Source: Phallusia mammillata
Lineage: Eukaryota
Assembly (NCBI GenBank): GCA_965637545.1
Contig: OZ281497.1
Span: forward strand, 17,174,001 to 17,238,000
Length of the DNA stretch: 64,000 bases
Direction of reading: 5' to 3'
In this document: piece by piece, positions 9,075 to 22,545 of the stretch
Layout: each line of letters starts with the position of its first letter
How positions within the stretch are numbered: the first letter of the stretch is position 1
Notes under the pieces: model-generated
The model's database searches: none
The model's input: the letters and a program-made list of their open reading frames with translations, nothing else
What the model was told of the DNA's origin: nothing
Made by a program: the position numbers and the translations under genes

Positions 9075-9513
9075 CCCAAGCTGAAGGAAGTTGTGTGTGT
9101 AATAGTAAAAATACAAAACATACAACACGGGCATCAAGGAATATACTGAAGTGAAAGTTTTTCATTATTGCCCAAGTTCAGAAGAATTCCGCCGCTCTAA
9201 AAACGTAATCCTGACGTATTGGATAAAAAAAAATGCAGATCATGTATTCACGAGGTGCTGAAAATGTTGGTGAGGCGGAATTTAATCCTCTCCAAGCTCA
9301 AGGTCAATCTCAAACAAACGAGTTTCCACCAAAGGCTTACGGTTCATTTTTATGGTTTCATCCGCGTTTAATTGAGAACCTGATGCGAATTGTGTTTCCA
9401 GCTGCGAAATCTAACCAAAAAGTTTTACAGTAGGTCTATACTAGTTCCAAAACACAGAACAAATCAATAAAAAATGGTCACATTTATTTTTATGAAAAGA
9501 GCCTTTGGATCTG

Positions 9514-9822
9514 GGTAGAGCTACTAACACGATACCTCCCGGGAAAACAGCCTAATTTTCGGCAAGTGGCGCAAAGAGCACTTTTTTACATTTAAAACGT
9601 TTATCTCCAAAAATGCTCACGGTTAGGGTTATTAGGGCCAGGGTAAGGTATTTGCATTTAAAATTCAATAAACCAAACCCCAAAATTTAGTTACTAATGT
9701 AAAAATTTTAAAAACTTAATTCCCAACCCAACCCCTCTTTAGCCGCTCAAAAAAAAATTCAGCGCTTTACGCCCCATTGTAAAGGTGAATCTCCCGGGAG
9801 GTATCGTGTTAGTCGCTCTGCT
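9514..9822. mobile_element. MITE sharing its terminal sequence with the element at 35-241
   Basis: About 30-bp TIRs GGTAGAGCTACTAACACGATACCTCCCGGGA / TCCCGGGAGGTATCGTGTTAGTCGCTCTGCT. No clear TSD. Confidence 0.8.
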
Positions 9823-10031
9823 TTCAGACCTTTAATCCGTTTCCATTTCTATTTGTATCATACAACTGCTTAACACAACTAACCTGCTTAAGAAGTTTCA
9901 ATAGTCGTTTCTTTTCTTTTCGTAATGCCTGCGTAGGGTCACAAACTGACCCATTTTCGCTACTTGATGCCTCGCTACCTAAAACAAAACAGAATTTTGT
10001 CACATTTCAATTAGGAGCATTACCCACAATC

Positions 10032-13000
10032 CTACTTACTCTCGTTGCTGGACTTTAACTGTGTCGTAGCTTTTATATTTTTTCCGATTTCCGCGTCCAT
10101 TTCGCGATTGACGATCACGTGATCTCGTCTTTGCGGTACCAAGTTGGGACCCGTAAAATGTCGCCGACCGCGTCCTAACCCTAGCATTGTTTCAGGGAAA
10201 TTGTCTTTTATTGTTTGCAAACTTCTTGAATACAAAGATGTTGAAAAAGACTCCAGTTAACGCAAAATCCACCCAGGCAATACCCACGTTCATATTTTTA
10301 CTGGTGTTAGTTAATGGTAATTGTTAGCATTTATCTTCTTTTGAAGTACGATGTATAAAAAAATAAAAATGATTTTGTAAGTTACCGTTTTCTAATCTAG
10401 ACTGGGTAAGCGGCTTGCGTGAAAAATTAGCTGCCAACTGGATCCCACTAGTTGGTATAACAGCAGGTCTGCAAGAAATTGTTGTTGTTAATTTTTGTTG
10501 ATTAATTTTTTTTTGTAAATTAATTTTTTTTTGTTCTTTAACAGCTAACCTGCCACAGAACTTGTAATATTATGCAACGATGCTTTTAAGTGAACTACAT
10601 AAAAACAATCGTTATGTGCATTTTCTTTCTTTTTTTGCTTGTTAGTCAGTTTATTATTGTATGTAATGTTATCAAAATTGTGTTCTTAGAATTACCTACC
10701 GTTTTTGTTCATTGTCGTTTGTTCTCAACAAGTTTTTTCCTCGCCCAATTCCAAATGCTGGTCGATCCTGCAGAGATCTGCGCTCACCTGTTGGTTCTCT
10801 ATCATTCATTCTAAATACAACTAAAAATGTGAGATAAACTATAATGTCATTCTATGTTGTAACCAGGAAAGCCAAGCCAGTCATGAAATGGCCATGGGGT
10901 CATATAAAACAAACAATACAATACTATTAATAAGCTGCAAAAGTTGTATTTCTATATTCAATTCTTGCTGAAAGTGCAGACTTAATTACTCCAGAATTTG
11001 ACAGAGTTTTCTTTTTGGCCAAAACCAATCACCACTTTCCATTTTGTGCTTTTTGAAATTATCAGAATTGGAAACTTTTACACAACTTGCAGCATTATCA
11101 CATGACACATTATGTTTGCTTTACAGTATTGCAGAAATACTGACCAGTATGCAATTCTATATTAATGTTCATCAAAATCCATACTTATAGTTTCACACTC
11201 GCTGATATTATGCTAAGTTAAGACATACTTCAAACCAAAAGGTGACAGTATAAGTAAAACATTTCAAAAATTTTTTTTATGATATTAACGAAGCAACAGT
11301 GCTTTTGTAACAGAATAATAAAACCAAGTTGATCAGCAAGTTAAACTACAAGTAAACTTGCTTTTAATTATGGAGCATAGCAAACAACCAAATGTTTATT
11401 CGCAAAAACCCTTTGTTTCGATCTAATCTTTGGAATTTTACATCAAATGTAGTTCTGATACAATATCGAACATTCTTTTCTATGAATCAGTTTTATAACT
11501 TAAAATTCCGAAAAATTACTGCTCCTTAAAACTGCATGTTGCAGATTCTATAAGCAACATTGAAAACAAATTTGCCTTCTGGTTGCTTGCATGTGTTGAT
11601 GGATTTCTTCTCTCCTTGTTTCCACATTATGTACAACCTGCATGCCTTGGTTGATCTAAATCAGATGTCATAGTTAAGAAAATAATATAAGCAAACAAAA
11701 AGACCACAACAAAATTGATCAAACCGATTAACAAAACCAAAACCAAAAGCATCTTGTACAATTCGCAAAGTATCATACCTCTTCATCCCAATCTTCATGG
11801 GATCCAAAGTCCAAGTCCTCCATTGTGGAAAAAGAAGGAACAGATGTGTCTCCTCTAAGTTCACTGTTTCGAAAGGCAATTCTCTCTGCAAAAGCACTTT
11901 AGCTTAATGTTTCTCAACCAGAAAAACATGGGTCTATAACAGTGGTTCCCAACCTTTTTGTTGTCCCCAACGTGCGGACCCCCAACGTAATTTAGTCTTG
12001 TTATGTTTTTCGCTTGCACTATACATTATTGCTTTCGCTTTTGGGGCAGAATTTTATCAACCTTCACAGTCCTAAAATCTCAACAAAGTTCTGTACTGTA
12101 GTAGTCAACGCAATAAACAAATAAATTTCTTGGTGTACAACACTTTAAATAAAGCACTATAAGTTCGATTGTTCATGTGTGTTGTGATGTAAAGATAGAG
12201 GTAACAATCACATGTTATCCTTATCCAAAGGTTTGATAAACAGTTTGCACTTGTATGCAGGATTGTGAAAACGGAAAAAATTAAAAATATTTTACTGTTG
12301 TTAATGGTACTAAGAATGTTTGCCTCCACAGATCTCCTAAAATCACCTCAAGGTTGGGAACCACTGCATGTAATAGTCCACGAAGAAATATAAAGGTGCA
12401 TAGAGCATTATAAAACTGCGCAAAGTGATGTTAAGGTCCCTCAAGGGATTTACAGATGCGAAGTGATGAAGAAAAGGGATGTTATGAATTGGTCCAAGTG
12501 ATCCTGTATGTTTTGGATGCAATGGGCAGTTAGGCTATCACAAATGTTAAAATGTCACTTTTGGTATTAATACCATTTTATTTTATAAATGAGAAGTGGT
12601 TGACAGTAGCAATTATACTTAACTAAACAAAACATCTTGTGAAGCGAATCAAAACCAACAACACCCACCACAATTTATTTCATGTTCTAGCAGTCTTTTG
12701 TCTGGGCACATGCTGATGTGCATTTGTAGTTCAGGTTTTGGTATGATGTGTCTTGCATTAAATGGGCAGATTTTCTAAGAGATGCAAAAGCAATAGTTGT
12801 AAAGTATTAAAATCCTAAAATACAATATAAACAGTGGTGGGATTCAGCAAGTTCATACCGGTTCTATAGAACGGTCTCATGAAATTTAATGAGATCAGCG
12901 AAACGGTTCACATTACTGGTTACTGTCAATGGACTTTTTGTCACAGAACTGGCTGAAAAATATGAATTTTGTGATAGAACCAGCTGACAAAAAATGTAAC

Positions 13001-13195
13001 CCCACCACTGAATATAAATGAGATATTTTGACCAACCTTATTTGACTTTGGATGGTTTTTCTGACATTTAAGAATGTGTCTTACAAATCTCTTTGCTGTT
13101 ATCCGGTGGACTGGATCATAGGGACAAACAAAGAGTTCATCTTTGTCAGTCTGTTGCATATTCTGCTGGTACACGTACACATCAGACGACATCAT
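10032..13195 (-). CDS. GTSF1: Gametocyte-specific factor 1-like (two CHHC zinc fingers; piRNA pathway cofactor family), about 251 aa
   Basis: Exons 13195-13037 (CPYDPVH...HILKC), 12774-12669 (CPFNARH...HISMC), 11885-11779 (ELRGDTSVP...EDWDEE), 11655-11576, 10810-10700 and 10224-10032 (756 nt, phases consistent). The last three exons are less certain and require a GC donor at 11575. Confidence 0.85.
11940..12366. mobile_element. hAT-type MITE in a GTSF1 intron
   Basis: Perfect 17-bp TIRs CAGTGGTTCCCAACCTT / AAGGTTGGGAACCACTG. TSD not retained. Confidence 0.75.
12832..12910 (+). mobile_element. hAT terminal fragment (CAGTGGTGGGATTC...CCGGTTC type)
   Basis: Terminus-like sequence with CGGTTC/CGGTC repeats. 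No partner end found. Confidence 0.4.
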
Positions 13196-14339
13196 ATTGG
13201 CTTGCTTGATTGTAACTCGAAAGAGGTCAACAAAGACACAAAATAGTAATAAAATGGAATAAAACCTGTGCATGTAATGGAACATATTAAATTATAATTT
13301 TCTACAATTTTGAATAAAAATGACTTAAATAACTGCCAAAACTGTTACAGAAATCACCCTGAACCAACTTGCGCTCATTACAGATGATTCAAGTTGCAGA
13401 ATAATCATAGTAAACCGAAGCTTTCAGTACACATAAATCAGTCTGTGTTGTTTGTTTTGCAATGTAATGTAACTAATATTGATTTCGTCGATTTAATGAC
13501 ATCCTTAGTTCTAAGCAAGACATAAAATGGGTCTTAAAAATGGTTTTAATATGTGAAAGAGAACACATACACATTAAAAAAATGCCTACCTTTACACAAA
13601 AACAAATTTGTCAAAATTTTCTAAAGTAACACAAATATTATAACAATTGTAAAAAGTGCAAAAAATATTTAAAAAAAACGACAGTTGTTATACACCAGTG
13701 GTTTTTAACTTTTAAGTTTTTAAGTTATGTGAAAGTAGAAACTAAAAGTCACAACTCTCAACTCACAATCAACTTGCACAGCAAAGTCAAGTGATCGTCT
13801 TAAAGGAGGACCAAATTCAGTGTTATTTCCAATGATCGCAACTGATAGTGCATGAGCTGTCGATACTTGCTGGTTAACTTTCCGTCTAATTTTTTATGTC
13901 CGCAAAATCAACAATATTTTCTAATATTTTTGCCTTACCGTAAGTTTTTTTGTAATTTTCAATTGCTACGTTAGGTGAACAAAGAGCTGCCTTACCTAAC
14001 TTTGCCTTACCTCATCATGTTCACCTTGCGATATTTATGCGTCCAATGTGCAATCGCGTTTTAAAGCTGCAGCGAATCATACACATTGCCCCTTTTGCCT
14101 TCTCCTAACGTGAAGAAAGAGCCCGCCATTTGAGTGATTGAATGAAATTAAGTAAACCGTATCAAATCGGTGCTATTCAAGAGAGACGGGGGTCTTTTCA
14201 TGTCGCTATCATGCTGTGCTCTTATCGCATGGGAGATTTAATAAGAAACAAAAGTTGTGACCCGTCAATCGTCACGCCTAGAAACCCGCTGTGTAGCTTG
14301 TTCAAAAGAAAAAAATGAATTGGATTCGGAAGGAAACCG

Positions 14340-14380
14340 TTAGTTCGGCTGAAGAAACCGATTTATTTGTGACGTCACGC
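14340..14380. promoter_or_regulatory. CRE-containing candidate promoter between the divergent GTSF1 and shootin-like genes
   Basis: GTGACGTCAC (TGACGTCA at 14370-14377) in a CpG-richer patch between head-to-head genes. Confidence 0.35.
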
Positions 14381-15499
14381 GAAGTCGTAACATACTCTTT
14401 TCACATAAACACGTTAAGTTTTGCTGCCAGTCATCAGTGGTGGTGATATTACAACATGATCGTTATTGCATGATGATCTTAGTCTTGTGAGCTTAAGGTT
14501 GCCTCGGTCGGCGTTGCAAACCAAAGTTTGGGTAGCCTACACCCAAGTTTAAATGCACAAATTCGGCCCTAATTCTCCCAAAAGGCCAAACCAAAATTTT
14601 GTCAGCTAAAAGCTATACAATTTGAGTAAATAAAATACGTTTGGGTGAAATTACCCACATTGTGAACTCTGTTAAGTTATTAGCATTAGCCCATTGTATG
14701 TGTCAAGCAGTCAACCAAGGTTCAACTAAGGGCGTGTGACTTGTATGTAAATGTCCGAGCCTTTTCCACGATTGTTGTTTTATTTTAGTATTGCAGCATA
14801 TTTGTGGTTGAACATATTTTTGATGACAATATTTAGCTTATTTTAGTCAAACCAAACCTAAAACCTTCCCGTCAGTGTCAAACCTACAAGGTTGGTAAAT
14901 TTAAACAGCAGCAAATGTGACGTTTGGGGACCCCATTTTAATTTTCGCGATGTGTACATTTATACTGCTTCTTATGATAGGCCGTTTATCTCTCTCGTTA
15001 CAAACATATACGTTGATAAGTTGTATACTGTTCAAATGTTTTTAAACCTGCATAAACGACGTTAGGAAGTCGAAGACATTTTAGGAAAACTGTTTTGGAA
15101 CTTGTTGGGAAACACCATGGATGACGAAATGTATTCACCTTCGCTTTTTGTTCAAACACATGTCGATTTCCGCAGCAGAAACTGGAAATAAGCAGTAAGG
15201 CCGAAAGCAATTAAACCCACGTTTTTTTTTCCAAAACGAAAGTGTTTTTGCAGCGTAGGTAGGCAAACCTCGGCCTGCCCTATAATGTTTGCTATGCCAT
15301 GGAAAACATTGCCTAGGCCTAGGTCTTTGCCTGGAAAATATTTGCCTAAATACAGCTTGTGCAGGGTAGCAGTGCATTCACATATTCTGGCAACGCGCAG
15401 CATGTTGAGGTAGCAGTTTAAGCTGCTGAACCCAACAGGGGCTATAGGATCAGCCAATTTTGAAAGTGTAAATGTGATGCTTTGTGAAAAGATTTATGT

Positions 15500-15643
15500 G
15501 CGAATATTTAACGTACTTTTTTAATATACAAACAGTTTAGGGACGGCATACAAACAGAAAACTATTGTATAATGGTTGTAAATGAGCGAATATTTAACGT
15601 ACTTTTTTGATTTACAAATAGTTTATAGAGACTGCATAAAAAT
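15500..15643 (+). repeat. Imperfect local tandem duplication (period about 88 bp)
   Basis: GCGAATATTTAACGTACTTTTTT-A-TACAAA-AGTTTA occurs at about 15500 and about 15587. Confidence 0.65.
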
Positions 15644-17339
15644 TTTTTTCGAATTGTGTTTTTAACTTCTGTTTTGTCGTGCCCGCTTGTTAATGAAGTT
15701 CAGTGGTTTTTGCGATCGCAATTGCTTTCGCTTTTTTAGTCAGTCAAAAGCTTAACAACAATACACCAGATAATGGATTTTCGTTTTTTGAACACGTACA
15801 GTTCACTTCGTCCGTTTGTGTGGTGCACAATGTAGGTAGCTGTGTGGTTGCTGTCCAGCTACAAGCAAACATTGGCCGAACGACTAAGTCAATACAAAAT
15901 GCTTTTTATCGCAGAAAATCATGGCAGTCAGCCAGTCACCCCGTTGTGGCCGTCACAGAATAGATTTGTGATTTCGAGATTTGCATGTAGTATGTTAAAA
16001 TAATACATTGGAAAGTGGAAGTATTTTCCTTTTAAATACAAGTCAAATGTGTTACAACAGAACGCTTGGTAAAAAAAATTCAGAATAGTAACTTTAAAAC
16101 CGTTCTGCCTGGAACCAAACGCTGTGGCATAAGCCAAACTTTTGCTTGAAATAGATTCGTGAACTATTGCGTCATTTGTCGCTATTTATACACAAGAAAT
16201 TTACTGCTACTTCGGCCACTTTATGGCAACCGCCTTCAGCAATTGATGCTTCCTAAATAGTGACCACACCTTGGGATAATCTCGGCCAGCACCAGGTATG
16301 TGTAAGAACAATTACGGAACGTCGATAGTTGCGTCATGAATAGCACAGCCCGTTCGAACGATAATGCGAATGGTAAATCAGCGAGGAGATATCATCACCA
16401 CTGGTTTACGGAGAGCAGAATCGGAAGTTAGTTAACAGCAGAGTAGCGCCGTTGCCGGAAAGTTACTTTTATTAGCGAGTTGACATTGCTTTAAACTCTG
16501 AGTTACTGATTGTTGTGGTTGGTAAATCGTTTGAAAGTTGCACATGTACAGATGCAATAAACTTTAAAGTTATAAGGTACTAGCTTTAATGCATTGCAAG
16601 AGTTGCGAAAAGGTTAGTTACAGTGACCGAGGTCATTGTAATGCAAAGCATTTCACGGACCTTGCACCACTTCCTTTGAATCGAACGCGTATTCAACCAG
16701 TTCCGTTTGCAACAGCACAATCTCCTGGAGATTACTACCGTTTGCGTTATAACACGTTTCCGAACAAACGAGTTGGCGAAGAGTATGGTCTCATTAACAA
16801 AAGTTTGACTGCGTGGCCTTGTTACCCTCGTCGTGCAATCGGTTTATGTGCTATTAACGTGCACTGACTGGCACTCCTAACAAGGAATCTTACGGCGGTT
16901 TTAAATACGTAGGTTACATTCGACTTGCCTGCGACTGAAGTGTCGTCAAATAACTGTCTGAGACTTGACATAATTTGTGTATAATTGCCGACACACATCA
17001 GACAATCCATACGTCATTATCGCGGCTGAAAGTTGTACAAACAGGTATTTCAAAATTGTCAGCAGTTCAAAGGTTCTGAAACCATGGGTCTGAAAATATA
17101 CGTCAATGGGTTTGCGAATCAAATGATTTGCTACGGTCTTATCTCTTGACTGCCAGATTTGGTTGACTTGCTGTCAATGTCCTTTCCTTGTTTGCATACA
17201 AAGGTCAGATATCGTTGGATTGGTGCGATGGGAGTTCCTTGTGTTTACCGCGCTGTCGATTGTAATTTGTAACCATGACCATCTGTTTCAGAATTGTGTT
17301 ACATGTATCAATACATTTTCTGTTATTCTGAAAGCTTGT

Positions 17340-20300
17340 ATGGCGGGAGACAACATGGAAATCCAAGAAGAAGAAAAGAGTCACGAAGCAGAGGTATTCA
17401 TGGTTTTCCTGCATGTTTTAGCAATGTGATGTTGTAGAACTAAAGAGCGCCGAATGCTTGAACTGGTGAATCTACGCCTCACGCAATAAATATATATGTG
17501 TAATATCGTCCAATGACATAGCAGCTGCCATCCCAATGGTGTCTTACAAAGCAACTAAAAGCAGGTCTTGTTTTAACAATGTTACCTCTACGTGCTCCAT
17601 AACGGAAACAGCAGCAGTGCATTTCTTGTAAAACATTGGGCAGCGCAATGGAACATGATGACGTGACGTCGTTTTGTTCTGTCTCTAAACCCGCCTGTTG
17701 ACACAATCAAATCAATTGCATAAAACTGATTAGCTGTTTTACAGTAGTAGCTGACAAAGTAAAAATTATACATAGTGTATATACACGGTAGTTGTAAAAT
17801 TAAAATATGTACAGCCCTAACAGCAACATTAAATACTTGCAGTACATCGAACAGACGAGGCGTCTGCATGAAGTGGAAGCAAAGTTAAAGGAATATGAAC
17901 AAAGTAGGGAGATTTTAAGTTTTCTGACCTAAAACAAAATGCTTGGACCTGTTTTTTAACTTTTCAAGAGGTAACATGAACACTTTGTGTCGAAATTGTT
18001 TGCACAAAAGAAATGTTGAGGGGTTTAATAAAGTTTACAACTGAAAAGTTGTTTGCCAACCGTAAAATGAAAGTATGTTGTTCAACCGACTCACTTGTAA
18101 GTCTTCCAAACAATTAGTTTCTGAACAATTCAAGAAGAATTTTTGTGAATTCGTTAGGCGCAAAGTTCCCCAACAATGTCCGCCTACTGTTATACCTACT
18201 GGTTTAAACGCTGTCTGATATTTTAGAGGTGTTGGTGTCGAAATGTCACAAACAGATTCGTGAACTTTTTATATTCCAGTACGATCTTATAACATTTGTG
18301 GTTGTTTTGCCCATTTAGTCTTTGATTCTGAAAACACAGCATGACTAAACTGTCAAAACCAACCTCCTGAAACCATAAACCTGAAACATATCCTAGCGCC
18401 AATTAACTTCAACTTTTTTGTTTTTGTCGTAAAGGTTTCACCGATGTTTCCGAGCAGGTGCAGCAAGAGTTTGCCGAGATGGAACATGCCATCCAGATTG
18501 AGCGTCAAAAAAGTGCCAAGGCTGTGAACATAGCTAGCCGGGTTTACAGGCAAAATACAATGCTGCGAGTAAGTGCTACCGACACAGGTTCAGAAAAGCG
18601 AAAGTACTTGTTTTGTTTGAATCTAATTTATAAGAAGGCTTCTGCTGAAATTTCCAAGATTACGATAACGTCGGTTTCCGACGTAATCACTACCGTGCGT
18701 GCTTTAATGTTTAACCAAGCTGACAATAAACCTCAGATTCGACTGGCTTTTAACCAATAACGTTGCCAACAATAAACAGACTATATAATTCGCACAAAAG
18801 AACATAAAACGCCGTCGCCAATATATGGGTGTAAACAGTTTTATGTACGATGTTTTATTTTTGAACAGTCCACTTTTCATGGAGGGCTCGATATGACCAT
18901 TAGTGCCAAATATTGTGCGAGTAAAAATAAAACAGAAACACAAAGGCGATTTTTAACGTTTAAATCTCGGTGCGGCTGCTAATTTCGACGTTGCGTTATT
19001 TTGTCAACCAGAAAATGACATTCAAGACAAGATTTTCTATCCGATTTTTAGAAGTCTAGACGATATAGCTCTCGTAGTGATGCTCGTCGAAAGTGGGCCC
19101 GAGAAAGCTCAAAAGATAACGGAATGATGGTTCCCGCGGTGGTCGTGCTGGAAAGCAAAGGAATAGAACCTGAAGAGTTGGAAGATTCAACTGCAGTAGA
19201 AGAAGATCTGGAAGATGATGTGGTGGATAAAGAGTTGGCTGAGTTGAAAAATGGTGGGTCTACGGATTTCGAATTCTAAAGATACGATATTCCTTCAGTA
19301 AAAAGCAGCAACAGTGTATTTCGGTATCTGTTGACATTGAGATCTATTTGTTCGCTATGCCGCGTAACTCCAATATTTTGATTTTTTAGAAGAACCTCCT
19401 CCAATGATAAACAGCTTTGGGCTTAAGGTAAACTCATTTGCAAACCTAACTTCCGTTGTTTCTATTAAACTTAAAAACTAAAACCACAATTTTTAAATCC
19501 AGAACGTGAAACTTCAAGAACGTCTGGACGACGTATTGAACAAAAACGTAAAACTCAAAGAAAAGGTGGAATACCACAAACGAAGTAAGACACGACTAAA
19601 CAATTTGGTCGTGGGTTTGACAAACAAAAGTCGACGCAATTACATTTAGCTCTTACTTCCCATTTTTTCAGTGGAAGAAGCTGCCACAAGCGAACTGACA
19701 GCACTAAAAGATCGGCTGGAAGTGGAATCACAAGTTCGCAAGAAAGCTGAAACATTTGCTGCCCAGATGTACGGAGAAAACAAATCGTGGATGGTAGGAT
19801 CCCGCATGAATATTAAGTTCTTCACAACGTTAATGTGTTATTTATTTTAAAGATGACATAACTTACATGGCATCCCATGATGGGGCGGTAATTTTCCAAA
19901 AATGGTTGCAACTTGTTTCAACCCGCTTTACTGCCTTCCTTATCTTTAATGTAATTTTTTGAAAAAGTACTTTTAACAACCCGCCTTAATTCTGCTTAAC
20001 TAGGCGAAAAACACACAGTTTAACAACAGATCACAAACTTAAAGTAAATACAAGTTCCTTTACAGCGTCAAAGCATGATCCGCAATAAAACGAAGAAAGT
20101 AGACGATGAAGGCGATTCAAAGTTGCAGGATGCTCTTCAGGTAAACAAGGAGCTGAGCGAGGAGCTGGAAAAAGTTAAAATGGAAAACCACCAGAAGGTA
20201 TAATGATACTGCATTTACGAGACCATTGGACGTGGCGAGGTTACAGATATTTCAACACTACATCCTTAAACGTTGCTACACGTGCCTCATTAGATCTTGT

Positions 20301-22545
20301 AGTTGCCTCATTTGATCTTGCTTTTGAAATAATATACAGATATACAACAAAATATGCAAAAAACAAGTCGTGCAAGGGAGAATGAGGTCAACAAGTTTAC
20401 ATAGTTTACTTGCCATACAAAATTATGTGTAATACAACTATAAACGCGGTGAAAAATAAATACTTTGATCTGTACACAGATTGAAGAGCTACAAGAGAAG
20501 CTAACATCGTTAAGTGACCAGACTAACCTAAAAGATGAGAATGAAATCCTCCATTTAAAAATTGACGAACTGACGAAAGAAAACAAGCGGGTCGAGGCGA
20601 AATGCAAGGAACTTGAGCAGAAGATGGAAAAGCAGAAAAGCTCAGATAATGAAGAGCCACAGTCATCTTCAATTCCCCCACCTCCTCCACTTACATCTGG
20701 TATTCCTCCACCCCCACCACCGCCTCCTCCTCCTCCACCACCATTATCATCCAGTTCTTCCTCTGCTTCTTCGGCGAATCCACTTCAGTAAGTTTGATAG
20801 AAATGTGTATGGGAACGAAAAGAGCAAGAGCAGCTGTGTGATAGGCTATAAGGAATAGGTTCTTGGAACTTGTTAAAGATAGATCAAAACGGGGTTATTA
20901 TCACATCGGTTGAAATGTTGTTTCAACTTTGCGTGCGAATAAGAAATTTTCTTGGATATAATTGGTGCATCAAGTTTGTTATGAAAACCAGTGGCGAGAT
21001 TAATATAGGTGTGCACCAGCGGCGTGGTCAGGGTGTTCTGAGTAAACATTTAGGGCAAACCAATTGGTTTGGAGGAACAATATGTTTCCGTCCCCACACC
21101 AAAGAAAAATTAATACTGAATACGCCACGGTAGCGCATTCCATTACATTTAATCATTGTCTTGCAGGGTTTAAGGGGTCTTTAAACGCTGGGTATACTTG
21201 AATGTGCAAACAGTTTTGTGATAAAATTAGAATTTCAAAGTTGTTCGAATATCTTCGATATTCTGTGGCAGCGTGACTTGGCATAAGTTTAAATTATAAG
21301 ACTTGGTACTGCTTTTCGACCACACGCACAAAAAACAATACCTAACTGCAAATAATTTGTACACAAAGGGATCTGCAAAAACTAGTCAACGAAAGAAGAC
21401 AAGAAAGATTGAAGAAAGAGGGAGGGGAAAGCGGTGGCTCGACGGCAGTGAACTCTCCAGGCAAACCGAAGGGCACTTCACCGGTCAACTATGCTGATGC
21501 GATGGCTGAAATGATGAACAGGATTAAGATGGGAAATGTGGCATTGAAAAGTCCCAAACGACGAATGTCAGAGGCGCCACAAAATACTGAAACTTCACCA
21601 CCTGTGCAGGAGAATGGAGATGAGAATGCTGACAACGATATTTTTAACACGTAAGTTAACTGATCTGCAAATACGGGTTTAATTTTAAATTTTGATGAAA
21701 ATTTTATAAGCTGTACGTAAGACTAGAAGGCTGTTTTGTCATTGTTGCATTAAACCGAATGTGTAGCGGGCATTTATTTGGCGGAAAACTCGGCAGTGCA
21801 AAACAATTATTTGTAACAACTGCATGTGCAGATTCCGTCAAGGTTTAAAACCGGCAAGAAAAAGTCCAATGCGAAGTCGGCGAATTTCCGAACCAAATAC
21901 GCCGAGCAAATTCACATTTCCACGACGTCATAGAAGCGAAGTCGATAAAATCGAGCAAGAAGAAGAGGAAGAGCAGCCAAAAAGTTTTCTCGTGAGTTTT
22001 TGTTGCCTTCGGTACGGTGATTCAAAGATACGATACAATTGTCTTCGGTCGAAAAACGAAATGCCACAGCAGAGAACAGCTTCCTGTAAAAGCACCCGTA
22101 TGGCTAAAGCAAACACGATAAAACTGATTACATGACCCTTAAATTTTGTTGGTGCAAAAACAATGTCAACCGATAATAAAACAAACGACATATGGTGGGA
22201 GATCCCTTTAAGATTTGTAAACCAGTACCAACGAATCTATTTACATATAAGTCATACCTGAGTAACAAATTTTGGTAAGTAGACAAAACATTGGAAATCT
22301 ATCGTAACAATCAAAAACTAACAAACCAGGAGTGATCCAGGTCTTTATGTTTTGTACTGCACACACAAACAGTTCTTTGGCCTTTTTAGACAATGCTTCG
22401 CTCTCCGGCAAAACTCGGAGTCAGGAATGACATTGTATCGCGGGACAGCGTTAAACATCCGAAGCACATGTCCCCTGAACTGATGAAGATTCTTGACCGG
22501 AAAAGAAATCAATCGAAGCAGAACGTGGCAAACGAATCGACGTAA
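17340..22545 (+). CDS. SHTN1: Shootin-1-like coiled-coil/polyproline protein
   Basis: Exons include 17340-17393, 17843-17903, 18435-18568, 19052-19253, about 19503-19584, about 19672-19793, about 20067-20197, 20480-20787, 21369-21650, 21832-21991 and 22390-22545. Motifs LEVESQVRKKAETFAAQMY, RQSM...KLQDAL, polyPro-NPL, AMAEMMNRIKMG and PELMKILDRKR parallel vertebrate shootin-1. The first exon and one junction near 19254-19502 are uncertain. Confidence 0.75.
21017..21130. mobile_element. Degenerate short hAT-like MITE (CAGTGGCGTA-type ends)
   Basis: CAGCGGCGTGGTCAG ... CTGAATACGCCACGG imperfect inverted ends. No TSD. Confidence 0.35.

Noticed and set aside
20670-20745. CCA/CCT triplet repeat
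   Set aside because: Encodes the polyproline tract of the shootin-like protein.
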